This document shows positions 38,501 to 48,100 of a stretch of DNA of 64,000 bases, one piece after another. Every line of letters starts with the position of its first letter. Position 1 is the first letter of the stretch. The position numbers and the translations under genes were made by a program. Origin of the DNA: a virus; the IMG/VR virus record IMGVR_UViG_3300042374_000500, positions 2,306 through 66,305 of that record; one strand, written 5' to 3'. The notes beneath the pieces are model-generated. The model saw only the letters and a list, made by a program, of their open reading frames with translations. It was not told the DNA's origin and searched no databases.

Positions 38501-40319
38501 CGCATCTGGTCTTACTATGGATTCGGGTAATTTTATAGGCAATCTTACAGGAAATGTTACAGGATCGGCTGGTTCTGTTGCATGGGGAAACGTAACTAGC
38601 AAGCCTAGTCTTATTATGTATTATCAAGGGTTCACATTGAACGCTGATACAATGGATGGCAACTCTACCGGGTTTACGTATGCTGTAAATGCTCCATATA
38701 CAGGTCCTATCGCTAGGTTTAGTGAAACTGGGTATTCTTTACAATTAAATGCAGCATATAGTGGAGGAGGTAACCTTATTGCTTTTAGAACTAGAAATGG
38801 AGATGCTGGAGCATTTAATCCTTGGAGGGAGTTTATTACTTCTGGTAATATTGCTGGTCAATCAGTTGCTTATGCTACTTCTGCTGGTAGTGCTAGTACT
38901 GCAACCTCAGCAACTTCTGCAACATATTTAAATAGTAGTAATTATATTCAACAAACAGGTTCTACAGGTTCTTGGAACGCTGATTTCCAAAATACGCCAG
39001 CCGGTACCGCAAGATATGGAGGAGATGTTGGAGCAAATGGGACTAATAATCCCGGAGGAAGTTGGTGGATTCAACAAAACTTTAGACATACTAATGCTTC
39101 TAACTTTTGGGGTATACAAATAGCATGGGGATGGGAAGATAATGCTAATAGATTAGCTACAAGAAATGTATCTGGAGGTACTTTTGGAGGATGGGTTTAT
39201 TATTTAAATAGTAATAATTTTACATTATATGCTCCTTCTTTGACTGGTAGTGGGGCAAGTGGTACATGGAATATAACTTCTGCTAATACAAATAGTATTT
39301 CAAGTGCAGTTGGTGGTGCTTATACATGGACGGGTATTCAATATTTTAGATCCAATAGAAATACAAGCTCAGATTCACCATCGCTACAAGCTTACTCCGA
39401 TAATGGAAGTGGTGCTATAATGGCTTTTCATAGAGGCGGATATTATGCAATAAATATGGGACTTGATTCCGATAACGTATTTAGAATTGGTGGATGGAGT
39501 GCAGCTGCTAATAGATTACAATTAGATATGAGCGGCAATTTAACCATTGCTGGAACTGGAATTTTTGGTATCACTGGTGCTGCTGGTAGTTTAACTTATA
39601 ATGGTACTGCTGATAATATTTATAATAGCGGATTTTATAGAAACTATGGCGATACTGGGCTTTATAATGAATCTTATGGATGTATGTTTAGAAGAAATTC
39701 ATCTTCAAGTCATGGATCATGGGAGGCATTTGGATATAATAAAAATGGGTATGCTGGAATAAACATAGTAGATCCTCAAGGATATTGGAATAATTCAATG
39801 TATGAAAATGGTAATGGAGGTTTATATCAAGAAAATGGGGCAGGGTGGCAATATTACTTTCAAAGGTCAGCCAATGACTGTTTAGGTCTTAGCGGTTCTG
39901 AAACATACGATTGGGTAAGAGCATGTACAAATGGTAAGCATAGAATTACAAATGATACTTGGTGTGATGCAATATCTTACGCTGTTTCATTTAATCCTAT
40001 ATCAGATGCTAGACTAAAAGAAAATGTCGTAACTGTTGACAATGCTCTTGATAAAATATTACAATTAAGAGGTGTTTATTATAGTTGGATTATAGATACA
40101 GAACAAAAAAAACATATTGGCGTTATCGCACAAGAAGTTCAAGAAGTTTGTCCTGAAGCTGTACTTTATCATGAAGAAACTGATACACTTACTGTAAGTT
40201 ACAATGACTTATCTGGTGTCTTTATAGAAGGTTTTAAAGAATTAAATCAAAAGTTAATTGATGCTAATGCGAGAATTGAGATGCTAGAAACTAAACTTAA
40301 CCAATTATTAAACGCATAA
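35586..40319 (+). CDS. tail fibre 1: (Gly-Thr/Ser-Ser/Thr)n collagen-like segments, knob domains and a C-terminal peptidase S74 chaperone
   Basis: Long GTS/GSS/GTT triplet runs; SDARLKEN...GVIAQEV S74 motif; TTG start. Confidence 0.85.
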   Translation: MAIQNLITGEFQIRKLNGVLVANNGIVDAVGNITSGTSGTSGTSGTRGTSGTSGFAGTSAMIVYTFTAIQNQTTFLVPSGFVNNMIAVFVNGVKLSQYDYITVNGFSVVLNNPLDAGDIVEIDNFVANYVSTSGSSGTAGSSGTSGTTGTSGSSGSSGTSGTTGTSGSSGTTGTGGTSGTTGTSGTSGSSGFSGNRYFTTSNTVFTLGNSGTLIVGTNLSFSPAQSIIIVYDNTNFQECEVISYNSTTGQLQFAEPNRTVGSGTYSNWSVNLDGATGAAGTSGSSGTSGSTGTSGTTGTSGTSGTSGTSGTSGTSGTTGTSGTTGTSGTSGTSGSSGSSATSGTSGTSGTSGTTGTSGTSGTSGTSGTSGTTGTSGTSAIDGTSGTSGTTGTSGTSGTSGTSGTTGTSGTSGTSGANGMNGVAGGLVYYLNQSLNTDTPFGSPTYKQWSSNPTGGAEQSVALNNVPNNTRTLIATYATDSGVPNVTTIPSGLWAWTTHFDINHNCDLAVDVELYKYTTGGVSTLLGTTNIDTEPVSSNTIKEFFTDLFLISQSLNATDRLYCKIYVLHSHGGNADINFYTEGISNYSFAQTTFNPPSGTSGTSGTSGIDGTSGSSGSSGTSSTSGTSGTTGTSGTSGENGTSGSSGTSGSSGTTGTSGTSATSGTTGTSGTSGENGTSGTSGTTGTSGTSGTSGSSGVTGSSGTSGTTGTSGTSGATGSTGTSGTSGVTGSSGTSGTSGANGTSGVNGTSGSSGSSGVSPSVSGFLPLTGGTLSGTLYSTYNTASGIANNGFNVAKTIIGNLHIQNGDGTNGNNRQAALTFQGGNASEAQAGIYVSNNSTTGTAMGFATTDSYATGPQLFLTATNAGQVTFPRALVQVNGYLRTAGATSNTVLFNNSGSSVDFGNVLGQGSTGRSTFFRGASALVSVWWGTTDGNGNNIPYAAIDATAGEFKFYRNTGGTGGGTWTNIMTMNASGLTMDSGNFIGNLTGNVTGSAGSVAWGNVTSKPSLIMYYQGFTLNADTMDGNSTGFTYAVNAPYTGPIARFSETGYSLQLNAAYSGGGNLIAFRTRNGDAGAFNPWREFITSGNIAGQSVAYATSAGSASTATSATSATYLNSSNYIQQTGSTGSWNADFQNTPAGTARYGGDVGANGTNNPGGSWWIQQNFRHTNASNFWGIQIAWGWEDNANRLATRNVSGGTFGGWVYYLNSNNFTLYAPSLTGSGASGTWNITSANTNSISSAVGGAYTWTGIQYFRSNRNTSSDSPSLQAYSDNGSGAIMAFHRGGYYAINMGLDSDNVFRIGGWSAAANRLQLDMSGNLTIAGTGIFGITGAAGSLTYNGTADNIYNSGFYRNYGDTGLYNESYGCMFRRNSSSSHGSWEAFGYNKNGYAGINIVDPQGYWNNSMYENGNGGLYQENGAGWQYYFQRSANDCLGLSGSETYDWVRACTNGKHRITNDTWCDAISYAVSFNPISDARLKENVVTVDNALDKILQLRGVYYSWIIDTEQKKHIGVIAQEVQEVCPEAVLYHEETDTLTVSYNDLSGVFIEGFKELNQKLIDANARIEMLETKLNQLLNA

Positions 40320-40320
40320 T

Positions 40321-40686
40321 ATGAGCAAGACATACACTTGGAGAATTATTGATTCAGCTATTATACCAAATAAAGATGGTATGGAAAATATAGTATATAA
40401 AGTACACTATATCAAAAGAGTGGTTGAAGAAATTGATGGTAAAAGATATGAAGCAGACTTTGTAGGTGAAGCCAAAATGCCTGCTCCAGACCCAAATAAC
40501 TTCTCTCCAATCAATGAACTTACAACAGAGGTGGTTTCTGGATGGTTAGAGTCTTTATTAAACCAAGACTTTATTAATAGCAGGCTAGATGGAATGTTGG
40601 CTTTTAAAAAAAGAAGTGATAATTTTGTATATATAAATCCTCCTTTTTCAACAAGAGAAGTTCCAGTAGCTGATACAAACATTTAA
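40321..40686 (+). CDS. tail fibre-associated protein (DUF7936-like)
   Basis: TYTW-x-I...NIVYKVHY...F-x-P-x-x-ELT-x-E-x-V-x-x-WLE. Confidence 0.6.
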   Translation: MSKTYTWRIIDSAIIPNKDGMENIVYKVHYIKRVVEEIDGKRYEADFVGEAKMPAPDPNNFSPINELTTEVVSGWLESLLNQDFINSRLDGMLAFKKRSDNFVYINPPFSTREVPVADTNI

Positions 40687-40707
40687 AAACAAATTAAATA
40701 TAAAAAA

Positions 40708-41091
40708 ATGAAAACAATTGAACCAGTACAAGTTTGGTATAATGGCCAAGAAGTAAATGCAACAGTATTAAATGCATATGCAAGCGATGTGCAACTAAAT
40801 GTTTCTGCTAATTTTTATTACACTTTATTTATTGTGAATGAATACAATTATATAAATCAAGTAAATAGCGGAATGTTAATAATGGATGGTCAAGCTTACC
40901 AAGATTGGGATCAAGATTCTTTTGCTTGGGATTGGGTGGCTTCTAAGCTTAACTTAACAATTACAGGAGAATATGTTCCTAATATACCTCCATCACCAAC
41001 ACCAATACCAGTGCGAACAACAACAACAGAAGCACCAGCAACAACAACAACAACAACAGAAGCACCAATAGTAGAAGCACCAATAGCATAA
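40708..41091 (+). CDS. tail fibre-associated protein with a TTTTEAP tail
   Basis: IEPVQVWYNG...WDWVASKLNLT family plus Thr repeats. Confidence 0.6.
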   Translation: MKTIEPVQVWYNGQEVNATVLNAYASDVQLNVSANFYYTLFIVNEYNYINQVNSGMLIMDGQAYQDWDQDSFAWDWVASKLNLTITGEYVPNIPPSPTPIPVRTTTTEAPATTTTTTEAPIVEAPIA

Positions 41092-41101
41092 TTCTAAAAA
41101 G

Positions 41102-43375
41102 ATGAGCAAAAATACAATTTTAAGTGAATTACCTAATATTGATGGTATAATTAAAGGAAACTTAGATGCTAATTTTAGCACAGCAGTTCCTAATGTTGAC
41201 TATCAATTGCCTATAAGTCTTACGACAAATGGTGTTAGTGGACCATCTACATTTAGTGGTAATGTCTTAAATGTGCCTATTTATAGCTCATCTTCTGGTA
41301 CAGCAGGTAGTTCAGGTAGTTCGGGTAGTTCGGGGAGTTCTGGGACAACTGGTACGTCAGGCACAAGCGGTAGTACAGGAACTTCAGGAACAAGTGGCAC
41401 ATCTGGCACAAGCGGAACAAGTGGCACATCTGGCAGTTCAGGCACTACAGGTACAAGCGGAACATCTGGGACTAGCGGTACAAGCGGAACAAGTGGCAGT
41501 AGTGGAACAACAGGTACTAGTGGAACTTCAGGGTATTCTGGAGATAAGTATTTTACTACTTCAACAACTTCTTTTACTTTAGGTAATAGCGGTACTATAA
41601 CAGTACAGACAGCATTGGCATATACAATTGGTCAAACTATCCTTATTGTATATAATATTACAAACTATCAAGAATCAGTAGTTACAGCATATAATCCTAG
41701 TACGGGATCTCTTTCATTTGGCGCTCCAGCAACCACAGTTGGTTCAGGTACTTATGCAGCATGGATTGTCAACTTAGCTGGTGCTAGCGGTGGTGATGGT
41801 AGTTCAGGAACTTCAGGTTCTTCTGGTATTACTAGTACTTCTGGAACCACAGGAACATCAGGTTCTTCAGGTAGCTCAGGTTCTTCAGGCAGTTCAGGTT
41901 CTACAGGTAGTTCAGGTTCTTCAGGCAGTTCAGGTACTTCAGGAACTAATGGTACATCAGGATCGTCTGGCACCACAGGATCATCTGGCACATCAGGTAC
42001 TAGAGGTACTAGCGGAACTAGCGGTACTAGCGGTACTAATGGAACTGGTGGCAGTTCGGGTGTTTCAGGTAGTTCAGGTACTTCGGGTACAACTGGTACT
42101 TCGGGTACTAGCGGTACTAATGGAACTGGTGGCAGTTCGGGTGTTTCAGGTAGTTCAGGTACTTCGGGTACAACTGGTACTTCGGGTACAACCGGTACTT
42201 CAGGCACTTCTGGAACGTCAGGTTCTTCGGGTTCTTCGGGTTCGTCAGGTTCGTCTGGAGTAAATGGTAATAATGGTTCTTCAGGTTCGTCTGGAGTAAA
42301 TGGCGGAAATGGTTCTTCAGGCACTTCTGTTTCTGTATCAGGTACTACAAATTATATAACTAAATTTACATCAGCATCTACTATTGGTAATAGTAATATT
42401 ACATCAAATGGATCTGAAGTTGATATAGCAGGGGGGAATAATCCTTTAAGAGTTTTTGGAGTAGAGCCATATGTTAGTATTCATGCAATAGGAGCAACAA
42501 ATTCTGCGGGTCTTAGGATTTATCCATCAGGCGGATTTGGTGCTTATATTGGCAATTATGCAACAGGGGCATTAGTTTTAGTATCTGCAAATGCAGAAGC
42601 GGCTTTTGTATATGGTGATGGTAATATTGTATCTAATGGAGGATGGTTTATTAATAATTCCACATTCAGAGGTTTGCATAATAGTGCGACTGCGATGTAT
42701 TTTGCATCAAAAGATTCAGGTTATTATGATATATCATCATCAGGAGTTTCAGTTTCTTCGTTGAGATTATTTACAGGAGGCAATCAAGCAAGTCTTAGAG
42801 GATATGTGTATGCAGACACTAATAATGATATAGGTTTTTTACATCATAATGGTGGTTGGAGTGTTAGAACTAATACAGCAGGTGTTACTTTATATGGTGA
42901 TTCTGGTTCAACTGGTACCTTTACTGCAACAAAATATAAATTTGGTAGTAATAATACTCTTTCTGGTAATGGATTAGTTGAAATTGTTGATATGGCAGAA
43001 GTTGGAATGGCAACACAAGCGGCTTCCTATAGATGGTATAATAGTACTGCTGCTACTATATTAATGTCCTTAAATTCAAGCGGAAATTTAACTGCGGGGG
43101 CATTTTTTGAAGGTTCAGATATTAGATTTAAAAATGTCATAGAAACCAATCCTCAGATAGATTTAACAAGTATAGACGTAATTAAATTCATTCGTACAGA
43201 TAATGAAAGTGGACAAGTAAGATATGGCTATTCAGCACAACAAGTACAAGAAATACTTCCAGATTTGGTTACTGAATCTGAAGAAAAGTTAAGTTTGAAC
43301 TATATGGATGTTCACACATTAAAAATAGCTGCTTTAGAAAAACGCATTGCTGAATTAGAAGCTAAACTAAAATAA
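41102..43375 (+). CDS. tail fibre 2: G-S/T collagen-like segments and a C-terminal S74 chaperone
   Basis: GTS/GSS runs; SDIRFKN...GYSAQQV. Confidence 0.85.
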   Translation: MSKNTILSELPNIDGIIKGNLDANFSTAVPNVDYQLPISLTTNGVSGPSTFSGNVLNVPIYSSSSGTAGSSGSSGSSGSSGTTGTSGTSGSTGTSGTSGTSGTSGTSGTSGSSGTTGTSGTSGTSGTSGTSGSSGTTGTSGTSGYSGDKYFTTSTTSFTLGNSGTITVQTALAYTIGQTILIVYNITNYQESVVTAYNPSTGSLSFGAPATTVGSGTYAAWIVNLAGASGGDGSSGTSGSSGITSTSGTTGTSGSSGSSGSSGSSGSTGSSGSSGSSGTSGTNGTSGSSGTTGSSGTSGTRGTSGTSGTSGTNGTGGSSGVSGSSGTSGTTGTSGTSGTNGTGGSSGVSGSSGTSGTTGTSGTTGTSGTSGTSGSSGSSGSSGSSGVNGNNGSSGSSGVNGGNGSSGTSVSVSGTTNYITKFTSASTIGNSNITSNGSEVDIAGGNNPLRVFGVEPYVSIHAIGATNSAGLRIYPSGGFGAYIGNYATGALVLVSANAEAAFVYGDGNIVSNGGWFINNSTFRGLHNSATAMYFASKDSGYYDISSSGVSVSSLRLFTGGNQASLRGYVYADTNNDIGFLHHNGGWSVRTNTAGVTLYGDSGSTGTFTATKYKFGSNNTLSGNGLVEIVDMAEVGMATQAASYRWYNSTAATILMSLNSSGNLTAGAFFEGSDIRFKNVIETNPQIDLTSIDVIKFIRTDNESGQVRYGYSAQQVQEILPDLVTESEEKLSLNYMDVHTLKIAALEKRIAELEAKLK
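42023..42189 (+). repeat. exact 81-bp tandem duplication in fibre 2
   Basis: The unit GGTACTAGCGGTACTAATGGAACTGG... at 42023 recurs at 42104. Confidence 0.85.
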
Positions 43376-43376
43376 T

Positions 43377-44714
43377 ATGGCATATAATGATTTGAGTCAA
43401 AATCAGACAATTAGTTTTAATAATTTACAAAGTGGTGTTAATCAAGGTGTATTTACAGCTAAAGCTGCTATACCAGTTAGTACTAAACAGATAACAAAAA
43501 CTGAAGCTAATACTTATGTAAATATAAATACATCACTTCCATCATATGCTGCCAAAGCATCAAATCAATTAGTAACTAAAGAAGATTTATCAGGAATTAC
43601 TAGTACTTCTCCATACACAATGTATGGTGTGGCAGGAACAGCTGCTTATAAATCTTTAGATGGAGGCAATACATTTACAGCATTATCAGGTCTTACATCA
43701 GCTTACAACTGGATGGGGATAGCAGGAGATAGTACAGGAACATATATTGCAGTTGTTACTAATTCATTAAATCTTGTAGTTTATCTATCTAGTGATGGTG
43801 GTTCTACATTCACACAAAAGTTAATAAGTGGGGTTTTTGGTGGCAACCTTTATCCGACAAGTGTAGCTATGTCTAATAATGGACAATATATAGGTATAGC
43901 AGGTCTAACAAACACATTAAATGTAGGAGGTCTCAAAAAAGCTATGCTTGTAGCATCATCAGATTATGGTAGTTCATTTGGTACTATATATACAGATTCT
44001 ATGAATGTTAATATGTATCAAGACTATCCATTTAAAATATCAGTATCAGGCAATGGCCAATATATGACTGCTGTTTATTCCTATGAAGTAGATCCGGGAG
44101 GGATTAATAGGCCAAGACCTTGGTCATTTAGAATTTACTCAACTAACTATGGATCTACTTGGACAAGAAGTGGAGGTAGCGAGTTTTCAAGATTTTTTGA
44201 TATTGCATTAGATGGTACAGGTCAAAATCAATTTTTAACAAGCGATTGGGCTAGACCGGGATTAGGTGGATCACAAGGTATAAAAGCATCTGTTACAAAT
44301 GATTTTGGTGTTAATTGGAATGAAAGATATTCAAATACTGTTGGACTTTCTCGGCCAAGACAGGTAGGATTTATCTCTGCCACTATATCAGATAATGGCC
44401 AAGTTATGGTGGGATCTACAAACGAAACCACAAGTACACCATTTTACGATCCCTCTAATTTTTCACCTTTAGTTGTAGCATCATTTAATTCAGGCAGTAC
44501 TTTTGCACAAAGTGGTGGATATAATAATGCTATAGAAATAGCTGGTGGTACAGCAGTCACTGGAGGTATTACAAATAACTATATTGCAATGATGTTAAAC
44601 AACATAGGTCAGTTTAATTACAGTACAAATGGAGGATCTAGTTTTTTAGTCAGTACTACAACAGCTCGTGCTTGGAATCAAATATATAGAAAAGCATTAT
44701 TAAACACTCCATAG
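43377..44714 (+). CDS. BNR/Asp-box beta-propeller virion protein (candidate receptor-binding or glycanase-like)
   Basis: Repeated S-x-(D/N)-x-G-x-(T/S)-(F/W) Asp-boxes. Confidence 0.7.
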   Translation: MAYNDLSQNQTISFNNLQSGVNQGVFTAKAAIPVSTKQITKTEANTYVNINTSLPSYAAKASNQLVTKEDLSGITSTSPYTMYGVAGTAAYKSLDGGNTFTALSGLTSAYNWMGIAGDSTGTYIAVVTNSLNLVVYLSSDGGSTFTQKLISGVFGGNLYPTSVAMSNNGQYIGIAGLTNTLNVGGLKKAMLVASSDYGSSFGTIYTDSMNVNMYQDYPFKISVSGNGQYMTAVYSYEVDPGGINRPRPWSFRIYSTNYGSTWTRSGGSEFSRFFDIALDGTGQNQFLTSDWARPGLGGSQGIKASVTNDFGVNWNERYSNTVGLSRPRQVGFISATISDNGQVMVGSTNETTSTPFYDPSNFSPLVVASFNSGSTFAQSGGYNNAIEIAGGTAVTGGITNNYIAMMLNNIGQFNYSTNGGSSFLVSTTTARAWNQIYRKALLNTP

Positions 44715-44773
44715 GGTAAAATATTTTTTTAATTAAATAAATTAACTTAATTTTGTCTTTAAAACATAAAAAC

Positions 44774-45109
44774 ATGAAATCAATAGAATTAAAGATTGTA
44801 AAAGAAACCCAAGAAGGACAAGATCAGTATGTAAGTACATACGCTATTTTAAGAGCAGTTATTAATAACCCAACAGAGGGTGGTATTAATGTAGAGGAAA
44901 TGCTTGTTAGATTAAAACTTTTGGATAAGTTAGACAAGTTTAAAGAGCTTTTTGAAACAACTGCTCCTGTAGAAGAATTATTACAAAAGACAGCAACTTT
45001 AGAGTTAGAAGATAGTGAATTTAACAAATTGAGAGATTTGTATAAAAACATGAAATTCTTAGTTGTTTCTAAGTTCCTAGTTGAAATTAGTGAACAATTA
45101 GATAAATAA
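44774..45109 (+). CDS. hypothetical protein
   Basis: ATG at 44774 after a -7 box and a motif copy. Confidence 0.6.
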   Translation: MKSIELKIVKETQEGQDQYVSTYAILRAVINNPTEGGINVEEMLVRLKLLDKLDKFKELFETTAPVEELLQKTATLELEDSEFNKLRDLYKNMKFLVVSKFLVEISEQLDK

Positions 45110-45111
45110 TA

Positions 45112-45147
45112 ATAAATAGGCAGCTTAAATCGCTGCCTTTATTTTTT
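45112..45147. terminator. bidirectional terminator
   Basis: AGGCAGC/GCTGCCT stem between convergent genes. Confidence 0.65.
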
Positions 45148-48100
45148 CTATAACCATCTGAGCTGTTATTGATTTATGACATTCAAAGTGTTTGTCAGTG
45201 TCTTTATGTTTGCACCAATTCCAATCTCCCTTATCAAAGATAATCCCATTTTCATTCCAACAGCTATTACAAACATTGGTATTTGTTATTCTAATGCAGT
45301 CTAATTGAAATTCGTGATCAGCGGAAGTGAAATTGCTTATCATTATTACTTTCTTTTTTAAAGCCCAAGCAAGCCAGCTTAACCCACTAGAAAGACCAAT
45401 AAAGAATTCACTATTTAATATTACATCAATCGTGTTTTCTATTGAAGTATCAGATATTTTAGTACAATTATCAAATGGATTGTCCTCTTTAGATACGTTT
45501 ATTACAGCATATCCTTCCTCGTGTAAATAATTGATTACCTCTTGCCAGCCTTCTCTAGTCCAAAACTTGCATCCAGAAGTTGAATTAGTGGCTATAGTAA
45601 TATATTTACCACTAAGCTTGCTTTTGTTTTCAATCTTCAAAATAGGTCTTATTTCTTTAAATTCAAGACCTAGTATATTTGTAGCTGCTTTCTGTAATGG
45701 AATAGTATTTGGAACTTCTGGTTCTTTATCACTATTATAAAACCATCCTAATCTATATAAAGCATAAATGTTATCTACAACTACACCCGGTTCTACTAAT
45801 TCCAATTCAGGATAGTCCAGTATTTTATTCCAAAAAGTGGACAATATAACCTTACATTGATGTAGTTTTTGAAACTCTAATGCATAAGGAACCCAAGCCA
45901 ATGTATCTCCTAATGATTTACTTTCTAATACAATAAATACTCTTTTGCCATTTAAATGTAAATAATTTGCATATATCATCTGATTATTTTGCCAAACCTT
46001 AGTTGTCCAATTGGTAAAATATGTTCTATTTAGCTTTATCCAATGATTTGATTTAACAAAGTTTTCATATTGGCATTTACCTTCCCCATCATAAAATGCA
46101 ACTTTAAATAAATCATCAACATTGCCTTTAATTTCTAAAAACGGATTATCAACAAAGTGTTGCGTGATAGATGCTTTTTGATTTTGAATAGGTAGTTCAA
46201 TTATTTTTTTATAAGCATCCTCTTGTCTAAAAGCAAATATAGGGGTGGTATTGTCTGTAGGTACTTCGTAATTACATTCTAGGGTATTTAAATCACTATC
46301 AATTGGCTGTAAATAATCGGTAAACATATTTCCATATTGAGGCAAATTTCTAGCTATAATAGGCAATCCGTAGCTAATGGCTTCCCTTAAAACTAAGGGG
46401 TTACATTCCCAAGTGGAATTAAACATAAAAATGTCAGCTGCGGTCATAAATTTATCAATATCATTTCTTTCTCCCCACACTTTAACATTTGGAGGCAAAT
46501 CTTTCATTAATGGCTCCCAATAATCTTTAAAGTTCCCAGCTTGGTTCCCAACAAAATGAAAATCTATATTTGGATATTTTTTAGCAATTTCAATTCCTTC
46601 TCCTTGATTTTTACCAGATGTCCATAATCCAACATTTAAAACATTCTTTTTATGCATAGATAAGCCTAATTCATTTATTGCTTGTATATAATGAGCTTGA
46701 TCAAATGGCTTTTGATTTATAGGGTATTCTATTGTAACAAATTTAGATACCATATTAGCAAAGGTTTGCTCGTGATATGGGCTACAGAATATATATGAAT
46801 CTGGGTGAAATATCTTTTCTTTGTCAGGATCAAAAGATACATCGTGGCAAGTTTCTACAATTCTATATTTTCTATTTGAATCATAAAGTCTTTTTACCAT
46901 TCCCATATCTAACCTTTCTGATGGCTCATCTATATGTATTAAATCAGGCCTCCATTTATCAATTACCTTGAATAGCTCCATCTTATCTTCATACAAAGTA
47001 GTAAAGTTTTCTCCTAGTAAACTTTTTATCTTATCTCTTTGAACCACAAAATCTAAGCTATAACATTGATATTCAACAACATATATTTCACAATCAGTAT
47101 AATCATTAAGAGCTTCAATTCTTTTAAGCAAAAATTGAGGCATGCCACCTGTACTCAAATGAGGTGCTAGATATAGTATTCTCATTTTCTTTTCGCCACC
47201 AATAAATTCATTTATCTTGTTTATATCCTTTTCTCCATGATAAAATAATAAATCTTCTTTCTTTGCAGGTATTCTAAGCCAATTGCCATCTACTCTAGCT
47301 TCTCCCGTAAATTCTAAATTAGAATGTAAACCATTAACATACATACAAGGCAAGCCATTGTAAGCAAGTCTTTTATATAGCAATACATTCATTATTGTTT
47401 CTTCGTGATATGGAGCATACCATTGATGATTTGCTACTATTTTAGGATGATTGCACATCCAATACCATTCATCTAAAAAGTCTATTGTTTTTTGCCCAGC
47501 AACATAATATCCCGTTTGTCTATATCTTTGCCTCACATATTGGTTTATGCCAAATAAATCACAAGCCGGATGCTCTAAGGTAGTGCTTAAATCATCTCGG
47601 CTATCTGCCCCACCACGACCATTTATATGCAAATAGTCATACACCCCTTCTACAAAATAAGGATAGGTTGAATCATAGTCATAGAAGTCAAAAATCCTAT
47701 CTACATAAGCACTTGCAACAGAATCAGTATCAACATAAGCTATTGTTTTTGCATAATTAGTTAAAGCATCTTTTGTAATTTTAGGTCTTTCAATAAGAAG
47801 CTTGTAAATACTTTTGTCTAATCTATCTATAAAATCTTTTCTTTTAATGTAGCTTTTAACATCACAATCCCATTTTATTGTATTAACGTCTACTACATTT
47901 ACTTTTTTATCTGAATTAAGCATATAAACGTAAATAGGATAAGAGCTGTAATTTCTAATGGAACGACAACAAGCATCCACAAGATCAAAATAGGAATCGT
48001 CAGCATAAAGGACGTAAGCTTTTTCATGTTTTTGGGGTTTATTTATGTAGTATCCGTAATATTCATTTCCATAGATTAGCTGCAAATCTGGGTATCTATG

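Noticed and set aside
36377-42324. Antisense and alternate-frame ORFs reading (VPE)n or (LQV)n over the fibre genes
   Set aside because: Shadow ORFs produced by stop-free GTS codon repeats; no independent expression signals.
35586-44714. Diversity-generating retroelement or invertible shufflon acting on the fibres
   Set aside because: No reverse transcriptase, recombinase, TR/VR pair or inverted repeats were found in the window.
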